NCBI GenBank assembly: GCA_027492205.1
Contig: JAOZFN010000017.1
Coordinates: 32,001-96,000 of the forward strand
DNA length: 64,000 bases
Source: Thermoproteota archaeon
GTDB lineage: Archaea; Korarchaeota; Korarchaeia; Korarchaeales; Korarchaeaceae
Reading direction: 5' to 3'
The translations under genes and the position numbers were made by a program. Shown piece by piece: positions 38,919-48,137 of the stretch. How positions within the stretch are numbered: position 1 is the stretch's first letter; the number at the start of each line of letters is the position of its first letter. The notes under the pieces were generated by a model. It made no database searches, had not been told where the DNA came from, and saw only the letters and a list, made by a program, of their open reading frames with translations.

Positions 38919-40813
38919 CTAGGGATTTGAGATCGGAGGTATCTTACACTCCAAGATTCCGAGGGCGAAGCGCCTGGTCTCCCCCTCCATCCCCAGAGCC
39001 CTGAGCTCGTGGATCATGCGGGCGGCGCCGAAGGGTTCGGCCTCCCTGGAGAGCCTGTCCAGGAACTCCAGGGCCTCCCCCTCCATCCCCAGAGCCCTGA
39101 GCCAAGAGACCAGGAGGGCGGCGCGGGGGGCCGAGACTCGAAATTCATTCTCCCCCTCCGAGCCTGGAGCTGGAGTTCGATCTCTCCGCTTCAAGACATC
39201 CGTCATGACGCACGTCAGCACCCTTAGCGCCAGTGGGCTGTCCGCAGATTCTCCAACCAGGTAGTCCGCGGGGGGCCTAGCCCCTCCGACCCTGGCGGCG
39301 CTCCTCCAGACCTCCAAGAGGAAGCTCTCCTCGCCCCAGTCTCCCGGGGGAGGTGAGGCCTGAGCTCCCCATGCCGCACACCCCTCAGGAGGAGCCTGGC
39401 GTACTCCTTGTGGTAGAGGACGTGCTCGAACCTGCCCCCGGGTCCGTGGACCCTCTGCAGATACCCCCTCTCCGCGAGCCAGTCCAGCCCTGACTCAACG
39501 CGGCCGAGCGCAGTCTCCCTCTCCTCCTCACGCAGGAGGGGTCTCAGGGCCTCCCTCACCACGAGAGCGTCGAAGGGGGCCTGGAAGGTGTACAGCGCGG
39601 CGGCCACCAGCAGGACGAGCGCCCTGGGCCAGTTCTCTAGCCTGCCCTCCATGACCCCGGAAATCTCTTCCAGAACGCGCCTCTCCAGGGACTCCCTCAC
39701 GTCCTCAGGAGATTCCAGCGCGGGCCTCTCCCCGCTCCTAACGAGCTCGGCCATGAAGAGGGGGTTGAAGCCGGCCCCCTCCACCAGGTTGGCGACCTCC
39801 CGGTCGCTCAGCTCCCACCCCCGCCGCCGGGTCAGCCACCTGGCGAATCTCTCGAGTTCCCCCCTCTCGATCCTCAGGCTTAACTCGCCCACCGCCCCGA
39901 GGGGATTCTCCCTCTCCCAGGGACCCACCAGGCTCCTCCTGGTCCCGGCGACGGCGACGGCCCCGGCCCTCCTGATCCTGGCGAAGGCGGCCGCCACGTC
40001 CCCCGGGGCGGCCTCGGCCCTGTCCAAGATGAAGACCATCCTCCTCACCAGGCTCCTCCCCACCCTCCCCTCCAGCGCATCCTCGAGCCTCCTCCTCACC
40101 TCCCCGACGTCGACGCTGGCCAGTTCCGCTCGGCCCACCTGGGCGTTCACGTAGAACACCAGCCTGCCCTTGATCGTCAGCTCCCAGCCGGCCGTCGCGA
40201 GTGAGTAGGTCTTGCCCGAGGCCGCGGGCCCTATCAGGATGAGGCTCTCCCCCCTCTCCGCCCTCCTCAGCACCTCGTCCACGGCGGGCCACCTGTAGAC
40301 CCTCCCAGCCGCCAGGTCGGCCAGGGATGGGAGACCCCTGCCCCCCTCTGCGAGCGCGGTGACGAGAGGCGCGAAGGGGACCTCAAGCAGCTCGTGGACC
40401 GCCCTCACGACGCCCTCCCCCGAGACCCGCGCCCCGGCCTCCTCGCAGGCAGCCAAGACCGCTGAGGCCAGGGCCAGCTTCCCCAGGGCCTTGGCCGCGT
40501 CCTCCCTCTCCTCAAGCTCCTCGGCACCCTCCAAGATCGAGAGGAACCTATCCCAGAGTTCGCCCAGGCTCTCCCCGTCCGCCGCACCCTCTCGGATGGT
40601 GGCAAGTATGGACCCGGCCTCCTCCAGCTCCCGTCCGCGGAGCGAGGACAGCTCCCTCAGTATCTCGATCTCTCTGTCCTCGAACATCCCGGGGAGCGAA
40701 TCTATTAGGCTGGACAGCCTCCCGTGGAACTCCGCCAGGTCGTTGACCGAGCCCATAAGCTCGGTCGCCCTAAGGAATCCGATCAGGGCCAGGGAGAGCA
40801 GACCCTCCAGCAA
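38919..40813 (-). pseudogene. STAND-like P-loop NTPase, frameshifted near 39340
   Basis: Walker A GPAASGKT, Walker B VFILD, GFNPLF (GxP-like); C-terminal part continues in ORF 38919-39317; TTG at 40813 follows a TTATA box. Confidence 0.55.
38979..39102. repeat. 28-bp exact direct repeat, period 96 nt
   Basis: ctccccctccatccccagagccctgagc at 38979-39006 and 39075-39102, encoding LRALGMEGE twice. Confidence 0.9.
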
Positions 40814-41155
40814 CCCAGACCCGGGACCGCCGAGAAAGGTATAAGGTTGTGGCCGGCGCCCGCAGGCGCCGGCCGCGGGGTCAGGTGGTGTTGGGGGAGA
40901 GTCGCCCGCCTCGCGCGTACGGAGTCTCCCGACGGCGATCCCGGGCGCCTTCCCGCCTGGCGTCCGGGTCGGGGGCGCGGCGATTGCGCCGTCGATCACC
41001 CGCCACAGGGGTCACGAGGGTTCCCTGGGCCGACCGGGCCTCACGACCGTGAGAGGATCACTCCCTGCCGCCAGCCTCCAAGGGAGGCCTGCGTCGATCC
41101 GATTCCAGGGGGCCGCGCGCAATCTTTATCTTCACAGAATGCACATAACTCACAG

Positions 41156-41443
41156 ATGGCGAATATCACGCTGAGCATTCCGGAGGACCTCTACCGGCTG
41201 ATGAAGAGGTACAAGAGCATCAACTGGTCCGAGATCGCCAGGAGGGCGATAGTCAGGGAGGTCCTCTACAGGAAGGCGCGGGACGAGGGGCTCACCCTGA
41301 GGGAGCTCGACATGCTCTTGGACGTCAGCGGGATACCCCTGACCGGCGAGAGGCCGACGGTTGGCGAGGGGGAACTCCAGGATAGGCTGATGAGGAGGGA
41401 GCGGAGGAGGATGGAGGGGCTGAGGGAGGGGGTTCCATCGTGA
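41156..41443 (+). CDS. RHH antitoxin (VapB-like)
   Basis: MANITLSIPEDLY..INWSEIARRAI; TTTATC box ~26 nt upstream. Confidence 0.88.
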   Translation: MANITLSIPEDLYRLMKRYKSINWSEIARRAIVREVLYRKARDEGLTLRELDMLLDVSGIPLTGERPTVGEGELQDRLMRRERRRMEGLREGVPS

Positions 41444-41778
41444 CCGTCCTCGACACCTCGTCCGTCATATCGCGGGTCAGGAGGGGGGTCGAGGTCTGGG
41501 AGAACGTCACCACGATCGCCCTGATCGAGTACCCGCCGCTCAGGGGATACGAGAAGTTTCGGGGAACGATCTACTTCGCCTCTGAGGAGGATCAGCTGCT
41601 CGCCGCGAGCCTTCAGGAGAGGCTCAGGAGGGTGGGCAGGCCCATGAGCGCGGCAGACCTGCTGGTGGCGGCCATCTGCATCAACAGGGGCGAGGAACTC
41701 GTGACGAGGGACGAGAACTTCCTCGCGCTGGCGGAGGCTGAACCCTCCCTCAGGGTGAGGGTGGAGCACGAGCGTTAG
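41440..41778 (+). CDS. VapC PIN-domain toxin (short archaeal type)
   Basis: VLDTS, IEYPP, ADLLVAA, LVTRDENF. Confidence 0.9.
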   Translation: MTVLDTSSVISRVRRGVEVWENVTTIALIEYPPLRGYEKFRGTIYFASEEDQLLAASLQERLRRVGRPMSAADLLVAAICINRGEELVTRDENFLALAEAEPSLRVRVEHER

Positions 41779-42125
41779 AGGTGCGCAGCGCCAGAGGCCC
41801 CGCAGAGCCGGGCATAAGCCTCTGAGGCGGGGCGGATCTCCAACCGGCTCTGGCGGACTCGTCACCGTGTCGGGATGCCGACGGTGGATGCCGAGTGGGA
41901 ATGAGAAAAGAAAAGTAAAACTCATCTAGCTAGGGCCCGCCCACGGGCGGCGTGGGAGGGTGCGTCGAGGAGGGGGTCCCCGGTTCGCGTGGCGCTCGCT
42001 GAATCGCAAGTCGACAGGTGCCCAGCCAGCGCCTACTGACCCGGGAGGGGCGACCTCCCGATCCGTCAGGCCCTCTCTTCTCGGCCGGGGACTGGGCTTC
42101 GGGTAGACCTGCGGGGGGGCGACGA

Positions 42126-43010
42126 TTGCGCGAGGGGGGCGTCGCCGGGGTAAGGGTGAGGTCGGTCCTGAACAGGCACAGGAGGAGGGACGACTGGTTC
42201 CTCGACGAGTACTCCGTGAACCCCTACTACGGTTGCCCCCTCTCCTGCGTGTACTGCTACACCAGGGGGACGAAGTACGGCTCCTCGCCACCAGGGGAGG
42301 TCAGGGCCAAGGTGAACGCCCACGAGGTTCTGGCCAGGCAGCTCAGGGCGGAGGCCAGGGCTGGGAGGAGGGGCTTCATAGCGCTGGGGACGGCGACGGA
42401 GCCCTACATGCCCGCCGAGGCCGACCTCAACCTGACCAGGCGGTGCCTGGAGGTGATCTCCTCCCTGAGGTTCCCGGTGCACGTGCTTACAAAGTCCGAC
42501 CTCGTGCTGAGGGACGCCGACCTGCTGCGGGAGGCGGCCGAGAGGGCGATCCTCCCGCCGGACCTGAGGGGGAGGGTCAGTGGGGCCGTCGTGACCGTCT
42601 CCATCTCGACCCTCGACCCGGAGGCCGCGAGAGCGTTCGAGCCGGGCGCGCCGCCGCCAGAGCGTAGGTTAGAGGTCGTGAGGGGGCTATCTGAGGAGGG
42701 GGTCGCCGCCGGGGTGGCCTTCATCCCGGTCCTCCCTGGCATCTCGGACGGCGAGGGGGAGATCGACCGCATGGTGGAGGCGGCGGCGGAGGTCAGGGCG
42801 AGCCACGTCTTCGTCGGCGCCCTGACCGTCCCAGGGGCCGTCAGGAGGGCGGTCGAGGGCTTGGTCTCCCGGAGGTTCCCGGAGCTCCTGCCATCCTACA
42901 GGGGGCTCTTCTCCTCTGGCCCATATCCACCGGGCGGCTACCAGGCTAGGCTCGACAGGATGGCGAGGGAGGCCTGCAGGAGGCACGGCGTCCGATACAT
43001 GCTCCTCTGA
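42126..43010 (+). CDS. radical SAM protein (SplB-related family)
   Basis: VNPYYGCPLSCVYCY, TEPY, LTKS, EPGAPPP..R; start approximate. Confidence 0.88.
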   Translation: MREGGVAGVRVRSVLNRHRRRDDWFLDEYSVNPYYGCPLSCVYCYTRGTKYGSSPPGEVRAKVNAHEVLARQLRAEARAGRRGFIALGTATEPYMPAEADLNLTRRCLEVISSLRFPVHVLTKSDLVLRDADLLREAAERAILPPDLRGRVSGAVVTVSISTLDPEAARAFEPGAPPPERRLEVVRGLSEEGVAAGVAFIPVLPGISDGEGEIDRMVEAAAEVRASHVFVGALTVPGAVRRAVEGLVSRRFPELLPSYRGLFSSGPYPPGGYQARLDRMAREACRRHGVRYMLL

Positions 43011-43218
43011 TCCCCCGCCCCCGACGCAGGGACGACCAAGAGGGCCCCTCAGGGTCCCCGAGGCGAGGCTCCCCGATCGGCCCTCAATCATAGGACACGC
43101 GATCACGGATTAATAGTTCAGTCAGCGGGGGCCGACCCGAAAACACATCTCAGCGCCCGGCAGAGCCCGCGGTACGGTCAGAGCGGCCCGCTCATCTCCC
43201 TTGATCTCGTCGAACCCG

Positions 43219-43578
43219 CTAGTCGGGCAGGCTCTCCTCCACGAGCCTGATGAGCCTACTGGCCTTCTCCAAGGCGTCCTCCGCCTCCTCCCTCGAGAAG
43301 CTGTAGGGCCTGTGGTCGGCGGTCTTCCTCCTGACGAACAGGTCCAGGTAGTCTCGCCTGGCCCCCTCGGCCCTCTCCCTCCCAACCCTCACCTCAAGGG
43401 TCCTCTTGAGGGCGTTGGCAATCTTGTCGTCCTTCGTGGTCCTCAGGCCCCTCACCCGGTGCTCGACCGTGAGCCTCACCGCGAAGTAGGCGGCCGAGAC
43501 CGCCTTGTTGTAGTTCCCGTGGAGCAGGTCGTCCTCGGCCTCCTTCAGGAGGATCCTAGCCTTCTCGGCCTTGTCCAA
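43219..43578 (-). CDS. HEPN domain toxin
   Basis: YNKAVSAAYFAV; RKTADH fits the R-x4-H RNase motif. Confidence 0.85.
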   Translation of the reverse strand: MDKAEKARILLKEAEDDLLHGNYNKAVSAAYFAVRLTVEHRVRGLRTTKDDKIANALKRTLEVRVGRERAEGARRDYLDLFVRRKTADHRPYSFSREEAEDALEKASRLIRLVEESLPD

Positions 43579-44137
43579 TCAGAACTCTCCCCCCGGCCGC
43601 CATGAACAGCTCCAGGACGTCCTCCTCCCCCTCGGAGGCCAGGAGCGGGTTGATCCTCTCCCCGACCTCCGAGGCCAGCCTGGCCACGAGCTCAAAGTCC
43701 CCGGGCCTGACCTCCCTGAGCACCACCAGGACGTTGCTCTGGTAGACCTCGGCCTCCGGGTCCGGCAGGGCCACGACCCTGACCAGCCTGCCCCCGAGGG
43801 CCTCACTCAGTCTACTCGCGAACTTGAGGTCCTCGCCCGACCAGGCCGACCCAGCCTTGCCTGCCAGAATGAACAGCTCCAGGACGTCCTCCTCCCCCTC
43901 GGAGGCCAGGAGCGGGTTGATCCTCTCCCCGACCTCCGAGGCCAGCCTGGCCACGAGCTCAAAGTCCCCGGGCCTGACCTCCCTGAGCACCACCAGGACG
44001 TTGCTCTGGTAGACCTCGGCCTCCGGGTCCGGCAGGGCCACGACCCTGACCAGCCTGCCCCCGAGGGACGCCTCGAGCCTCGAGGCGAAATCCATAACGG
44101 CCCTCCTCCACTCCCTAGAGGAGGAGAATTCTACCAC
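43556..44137 (-). CDS. tandem duplicated MNT-like protein (putative antitoxin)
   Basis: Two FASRL..LGGRLVRVVAL..SNVLVVL units; overlaps the HEPN start; start approximate. Confidence 0.7.
   Translation of the reverse strand: MVEFSSSREWRRAVMDFASRLEASLGGRLVRVVALPDPEAEVYQSNVLVVLREVRPGDFELVARLASEVGERINPLLASEGEEDVLELFILAGKAGSAWSGEDLKFASRLSEALGGRLVRVVALPDPEAEVYQSNVLVVLREVRPGDFELVARLASEVGERINPLLASEGEEDVLELFMAAGGRVLIGQGREG
43602..44067. repeat. 199-bp identical direct repeat, period 267 nt (in frame)
   Basis: 43602-43800 equals 43869-44067 base for base. Confidence 0.95.
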
Positions 44138-44239
44138 GATGGGGAGCACGGGCCCCCTGGGGGGCTCGAAATAAAAAGGAGCGGCCGGCGGTCGAAGCTC
44201 TAGAGACGGTTCGCGCCTCTTTACCCCCCAGCGGATCAC

Positions 44240-44475
44240 GTGCGACAAACATCACGCCCGGTATACCGGAGGAGCTGTACAGGCTTGTCGAGGAGAACGG
44301 GAGCGTCGACTGGCGTGAGGTGTCAGGGAGAGCCGTGGTCAGGGGGCTCCCGCACGAAAGCGCAAGACGAGGGTTCCACGCTGAGGAAGCTTAACCTGCT
44401 GCCGGGGACCAGTGGAACAGGCCCCACTGGAGGTCGCCGACTGAGGGCGAGGGGGTCCGTGGGAGGATTTCTGAG
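44240..44475 (+). pseudogene. degenerate paralog of the 41156 antitoxin
   Basis: TNITPGIPEELYRL..SVDWREVSGRAVVR, then shifted KAQDEGSTLRKL, versus ANITLSIPEDLYRL..SINWSEIARRAIVR..KARDEGLTLREL. Confidence 0.75.
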
Positions 44476-44747
44476 CTCGGGTGTGGGCCTCCCGGTGTCG
44501 CTTCTGGGTACCGCCTTAAGGGCGGGGTCAGACGCAACAGTTGACTTGACCACTTTACCTTTCCGCTTTATTGTTGATAGGTGAATCCGCCGAAGTAGTT
44601 AGGGAGACAGCCTCATTCGAAGCGTCGGACTTTGAGGCGCCCCCACAGACACATCTCCGAGGGATCCGGAGACCCGCCGAGGCGGCCGTCGAGATTCCTC
44701 CGACAAACTTAAAATGTAAGAAAAGTAAGATTTGTTGGAGTCTGCTC

Positions 44748-45014
44748 ATGGGAGAGAGGGGCGAGTGCGCGAAGAGGAGGATCGTGTACGGGGTCGTCAC
44801 GGTGAGTTCGAAGGGCCAGATCTCCATACCGGTGGCTGCCAGGGAGGACCTCGACATCAAGGAGGGAGACCAGCTGCTGGTTCTCAGGAGGAGGGACGAC
44901 GCCGGCCTCGTCCTGATAAAGCTGGACGCGATGGACGAGCTCATGAGCAGGCTCCAAGAAGACGAGGAGTTCTTCCTCAGGCTGAGGAGGTTGAGGGGTG
45001 ACAGTGGTGAGTGA
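44748..45014 (+). CDS. AbrB/MazE/SpoVT DNA-binding protein
   Basis: VTVSSKGQISIP..REDLDIKEGDQL. Confidence 0.9.
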   Translation: MGERGECAKRRIVYGVVTVSSKGQISIPVAAREDLDIKEGDQLLVLRRRDDAGLVLIKLDAMDELMSRLQEDEEFFLRLRRLRGDSGE

Positions 45015-45150
45015 GAGGAGGTACACATGCAAGGACTGCAAGCACTACAGGCCCATAGACGAGGAGAGGGGGGACTGCTTCGGGCACGTGGTACCAGCGG
45101 ATATGCCCGTCGAGAATTGCCCGGCAAAGGCATTTGAGCCGAGAGAGTAG
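45007..45150 (+). CDS. small four-Cys protein (47 aa), BssC/TutF-like putative Fe-S protein
   Basis: Manual translation MSERRYTCKDCKHYRPIDEERGDCFGHVVPADMPVENCPAKAFEPRE; GGGGTGA upstream; overlaps the AbrB end. Confidence 0.75.
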   Translation: MSERRYTCKDCKHYRPIDEERGDCFGHVVPADMPVENCPAKAFEPRE

Positions 45151-45279
45151 CTCAAACTCCTGCCAGACTCGGTACCCCTCCCCACCCAATTTTTCGGCGG
45201 CGAAGCTAGGGAGATCACCTAGGTCCCCTTCACTCATGGGATGTAAGTTAATTATGGTAGTATGGTGAGTAACTTACTG

Positions 45280-45552
45280 ATGAGCGGGGGGAAGGTACGG
45301 ACCAGCGTGTACCTCGATAGAGAGGTCTGGGAGGCCTTCAAGGCCGCGGCTAGGATGAGGAGAGTTGAGGTCAGCCGGCTGCTGGAGGAGATACTCAGGG
45401 AGGAGGTTGTGATGGGCCTGGAGGGGGCCCTCATAGACCTGGCCGGTGAGATCGACTATGAGGTTGACTTCGAGCCCGTCAGGCCCTCGGCCCCGGTGAG
45501 CCCGCTGGTTAGGGAGATGAGGGATGCCAGGGCCGGTGGTGTACCTGGATAG
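45280..45552 (+). CDS. RHH/CopG antitoxin
   Basis: KVRTSVYLDREVWEAFK..VSRLLEEIL..LVREMRD. Confidence 0.85.
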   Translation: MSGGKVRTSVYLDREVWEAFKAAARMRRVEVSRLLEEILREEVVMGLEGALIDLAGEIDYEVDFEPVRPSAPVSPLVREMRDARAGGVPG

Positions 45553-45979
45553 CAGCGCCTGCATCAAGAGGTACGTCCTGGAGGAGGGGAGTGAGGAGGC
45601 GCGGAGGGCATACCTTAGGGCGTACTCCGGCGAGGTCACCCTCTCCATGAGCCTCTGGAACGTGGGAGAGGTGCTGGGCGCGCTGGACAGGGCCCTCAGG
45701 CGGGGGAGGCTCGACGCCGCGGCCCACTCGACGGCCCGCTCCCGCTTTCTCTCAGAGACCCTGAGGTTGTGGAGGCTCGGGGCTATGTCCCTGGTGCCGG
45801 TCAAGTTGTCGCTGCTCGCGGAGAGCTGGAGGGTACTGGAGAGGCGGCACCTGTACGTCGCGGACGCCCTCCAGATCTCCACCGCAAAGCACGTGCGGGC
45901 GGAGCTGCTCCTCACGGGGGACTCCAGGCTTGCAGAGGCTGCGGAGGCCGAGGGGGTGCCGTCCAGGGTTCTCGGCTGA
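45524..45979 (+). CDS. VapC PIN-domain toxin
   Basis: YLDSSACIKRYV.EEGS, ADALQISTA, LLTGD. Confidence 0.92.
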   Translation: MPGPVVYLDSSACIKRYVLEEGSEEARRAYLRAYSGEVTLSMSLWNVGEVLGALDRALRRGRLDAAAHSTARSRFLSETLRLWRLGAMSLVPVKLSLLAESWRVLERRHLYVADALQISTAKHVRAELLLTGDSRLAEAAEAEGVPSRVLG

Positions 45980-45988
45980 ACTCCCGGC

Positions 45989-46750
45989 TCACCCGACCTT
46001 GGCCAGCTCCTCCCTTGCCAGCTGGACCATCCTCTCCGCCGACCTTATCTTGGCCTTCGCCAGCATCTCCTTGCCCCTCTTCAGGGCGTCGTCGGCCTCG
46101 TCCAGGAGCTCCAGGGCCTTCTCGTACCTGGCCCTAGCCCTCTCCACGTCCTTCCCCTCAGAGTCGAGCAGGTCTATCTCCTCGCCCACCGTCACCGCCT
46201 CGGCGTAGACCTCCTCCAGGCGCTCCTTCAGCTCTCTCTCCTCCCTCCTCCTCGCCTCCTTGGCCGCCTCCTTACCCCTCTGGATCTGCCTGAGCTCCTC
46301 CTCCACGCTCCTGATCGCTCGGGCGAGGAGTCTGGAGAAGTCGGTGGCGTCGGCCATCGCGGTCTCGAACCCGTCCTTGAGGCCGTAGGCCCCTCCGACG
46401 ACGGCCCCCGTCAGGGCGCTCTTGATGCTGTCCACGTCGCCGCCAAGCAGGCCGCTCGCGAGGCTGGCCAGGCCGCCTCCTGTTATCGCCCCCCAGAGGG
46501 ACTTCCTGACTATACCCCCTCCCTCGACCTGGTAGACAACCTTGATGTCCCTGTCGACCGGGGCAGCCACGAGCGTTCCCCTCTCGTCCATGTAGCGGAC
46601 CCTCATCCGGGCGAAGTCCTCGGAGATCTCCTTGTCCGATATGGCCGTGCCCTCCATGGCGAGGTGCGTCATGAGCCTCTCGACGAAGCTCTCGAAGTAC
46701 TCGCTCAGATCTTGAACGTAGTAGTAGAACGAGTCGACCTTGTAGCTCAT
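45989..46750 (-). CDS. hypothetical protein with a Gly-rich hydrophobic hairpin and C-terminal coiled coil
   Basis: Host-like codon usage; TTTAAA box upstream; GAITGGGLAS..GAVVGGAYG. Confidence 0.75.
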   Translation of the reverse strand: MSYKVDSFYYYVQDLSEYFESFVERLMTHLAMEGTAISDKEISEDFARMRVRYMDERGTLVAAPVDRDIKVVYQVEGGGIVRKSLWGAITGGGLASLASGLLGGDVDSIKSALTGAVVGGAYGLKDGFETAMADATDFSRLLARAIRSVEEELRQIQRGKEAAKEARRREERELKERLEEVYAEAVTVGEEIDLLDSEGKDVERARARYEKALELLDEADDALKRGKEMLAKAKIRSAERMVQLAREELAKVG

Positions 46751-46836
46751 ACGCCGAACTCTCGTTCTGCAGATTTAAACGCACTGGACGCCCGATCTAG
46801 CCTCAGAGTCGGCGACCGACCCGGCTTTTCGAACGG

Positions 46837-48069
46837 CTAGCCCTCGGGGAGCAGGCCAATCTCCCTGAGCTGTGACAGGGTCCTCTCCCTGAGCTCCGCG
46901 GTCGTAGGCAGGTCGGCGACCAACCGCCCGCCCTCGAGGAACTTCACGTAGGCCGGCTCGGCCCTCGCTCCGCAGTCCGGGCAGGTCGGGGGGTCCGAGC
47001 CCTTTGGCAGAACGAAGTACCTGAGGCAGCCGGGGCACCTGAAGACGTCCTTCGCCCCGGACTTGATCCCCCTCTTGGCCCTGGGCTCCCCCTCCACCTC
47101 GACCACGTCCATGCCGAAGTCCACGGGGTCGGCCCCGCAGATCCTGCTTCCGACGCCGAAAGCGTCGGCGCCCGCCCTCGACAGGCTCTCAACCGAGACC
47201 TCGTCCAGTCCGCCGGACACGAATATCTTGACGTGCTTGTAGCCCCTAACGTCGAGCTCCCAGCGGACCTCCCTCACAATCTCCTCCATCCTCCCCCTCC
47301 TGGAGGAAGGCGTGTCCAGCCTGACGCCGTAGAGCCTCTCCCCGAGCGCCTCTGCGGCCTTGATCGCCTCGGTCTTCTCGTCGCAGAGCGTGTCGACGAG
47401 GGCTATCCTGGGCACGTCCTCCGGCACGGCCTCGTCGAATGCCCTCCAGGCCCTCACCTGGTCGCCTGCTATTATGATGAGGGCGTGCGGCATCGTGCCG
47501 ACGGGCTTGAAGCCGAGCTCCTCGACCAGTATGCCGGATGAGCCGTCCAGGCCGCCGATCAGGCCGGCCCTCTCGATCGCGAGGGAGATGGCCGGGTGGT
47601 TCCTCCTTATGCCGAAGTTGACGACCGGCTTCCCGCCGGCCGCGACCTTCACGTGCGCCGCCGCCGTTGCGACGCCGGACATGGAGCAGAGGAAGCCGAG
47701 GAGGGACGTCTCCAGCGGGCCGAACTCGGAGTAGGGCCCCTCAATCCTCACGACGGGCAGGCCGGGCTCGAAGACGCTGCCGTCGGGCAGGGCGTAGAGG
47801 TCGACCCTCCTGCCCTCCAAGAGCCTGACGACCTCCTCCACTCCGGCCAGGACGCCCCACTCGAACCTGCCGCCTCTCCTGGACCTCGGAAGGCTCCGGG
47901 CCGCGATCTCGGCCACCACCCTGGTGTCCTCCAGGCCCAGGTGTCTGAGGGTCTCCATCGTCCTGAGGAAGTAGACGTCCACGACCTTCCCGGCCTTGAT
48001 CTCCTCACCGGACACGACGTAGAACGGCCTACCCTCGCGGTCACCCTCGGGGTCGGGCATCTCCATCAC
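46837..48069 (-). CDS. pncB: nicotinate phosphoribosyltransferase
   Basis: DVYFLRT, FGIRR.HP, GTMPH, VRLDTPSSRRG, SGGL, FGVG; C-terminal CxxC..CxxC. Confidence 0.92.
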   Translation of the reverse strand: MMEMPDPEGDREGRPFYVVSGEEIKAGKVVDVYFLRTMETLRHLGLEDTRVVAEIAARSLPRSRRGGRFEWGVLAGVEEVVRLLEGRRVDLYALPDGSVFEPGLPVVRIEGPYSEFGPLETSLLGFLCSMSGVATAAAHVKVAAGGKPVVNFGIRRNHPAISLAIERAGLIGGLDGSSGILVEELGFKPVGTMPHALIIIAGDQVRAWRAFDEAVPEDVPRIALVDTLCDEKTEAIKAAEALGERLYGVRLDTPSSRRGRMEEIVREVRWELDVRGYKHVKIFVSGGLDEVSVESLSRAGADAFGVGSRICGADPVDFGMDVVEVEGEPRAKRGIKSGAKDVFRCPGCLRYFVLPKGSDPPTCPDCGARAEPAYVKFLEGGRLVADLPTTAELRERTLSQLREIGLLPEG

Positions 48070-48137
48070 CGCCGCGGCTCCCGGGTTCGATATAACGTTC
48101 CCAACCCCTCACTCCGGAGGCGTTAATACTGTGTCCC

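Noticed and set aside
43602-44067. Direct repeat as CRISPR array or IS ends
   Set aside because: Only two 199-bp copies, in frame within a CDS; no spacers or transposase
44240-44560. Possible structured RNA (SRP, RNase P or omega-RNA)
   Set aside because: No SRP or RNase P consensus motifs; mostly explained as an antitoxin pseudogene
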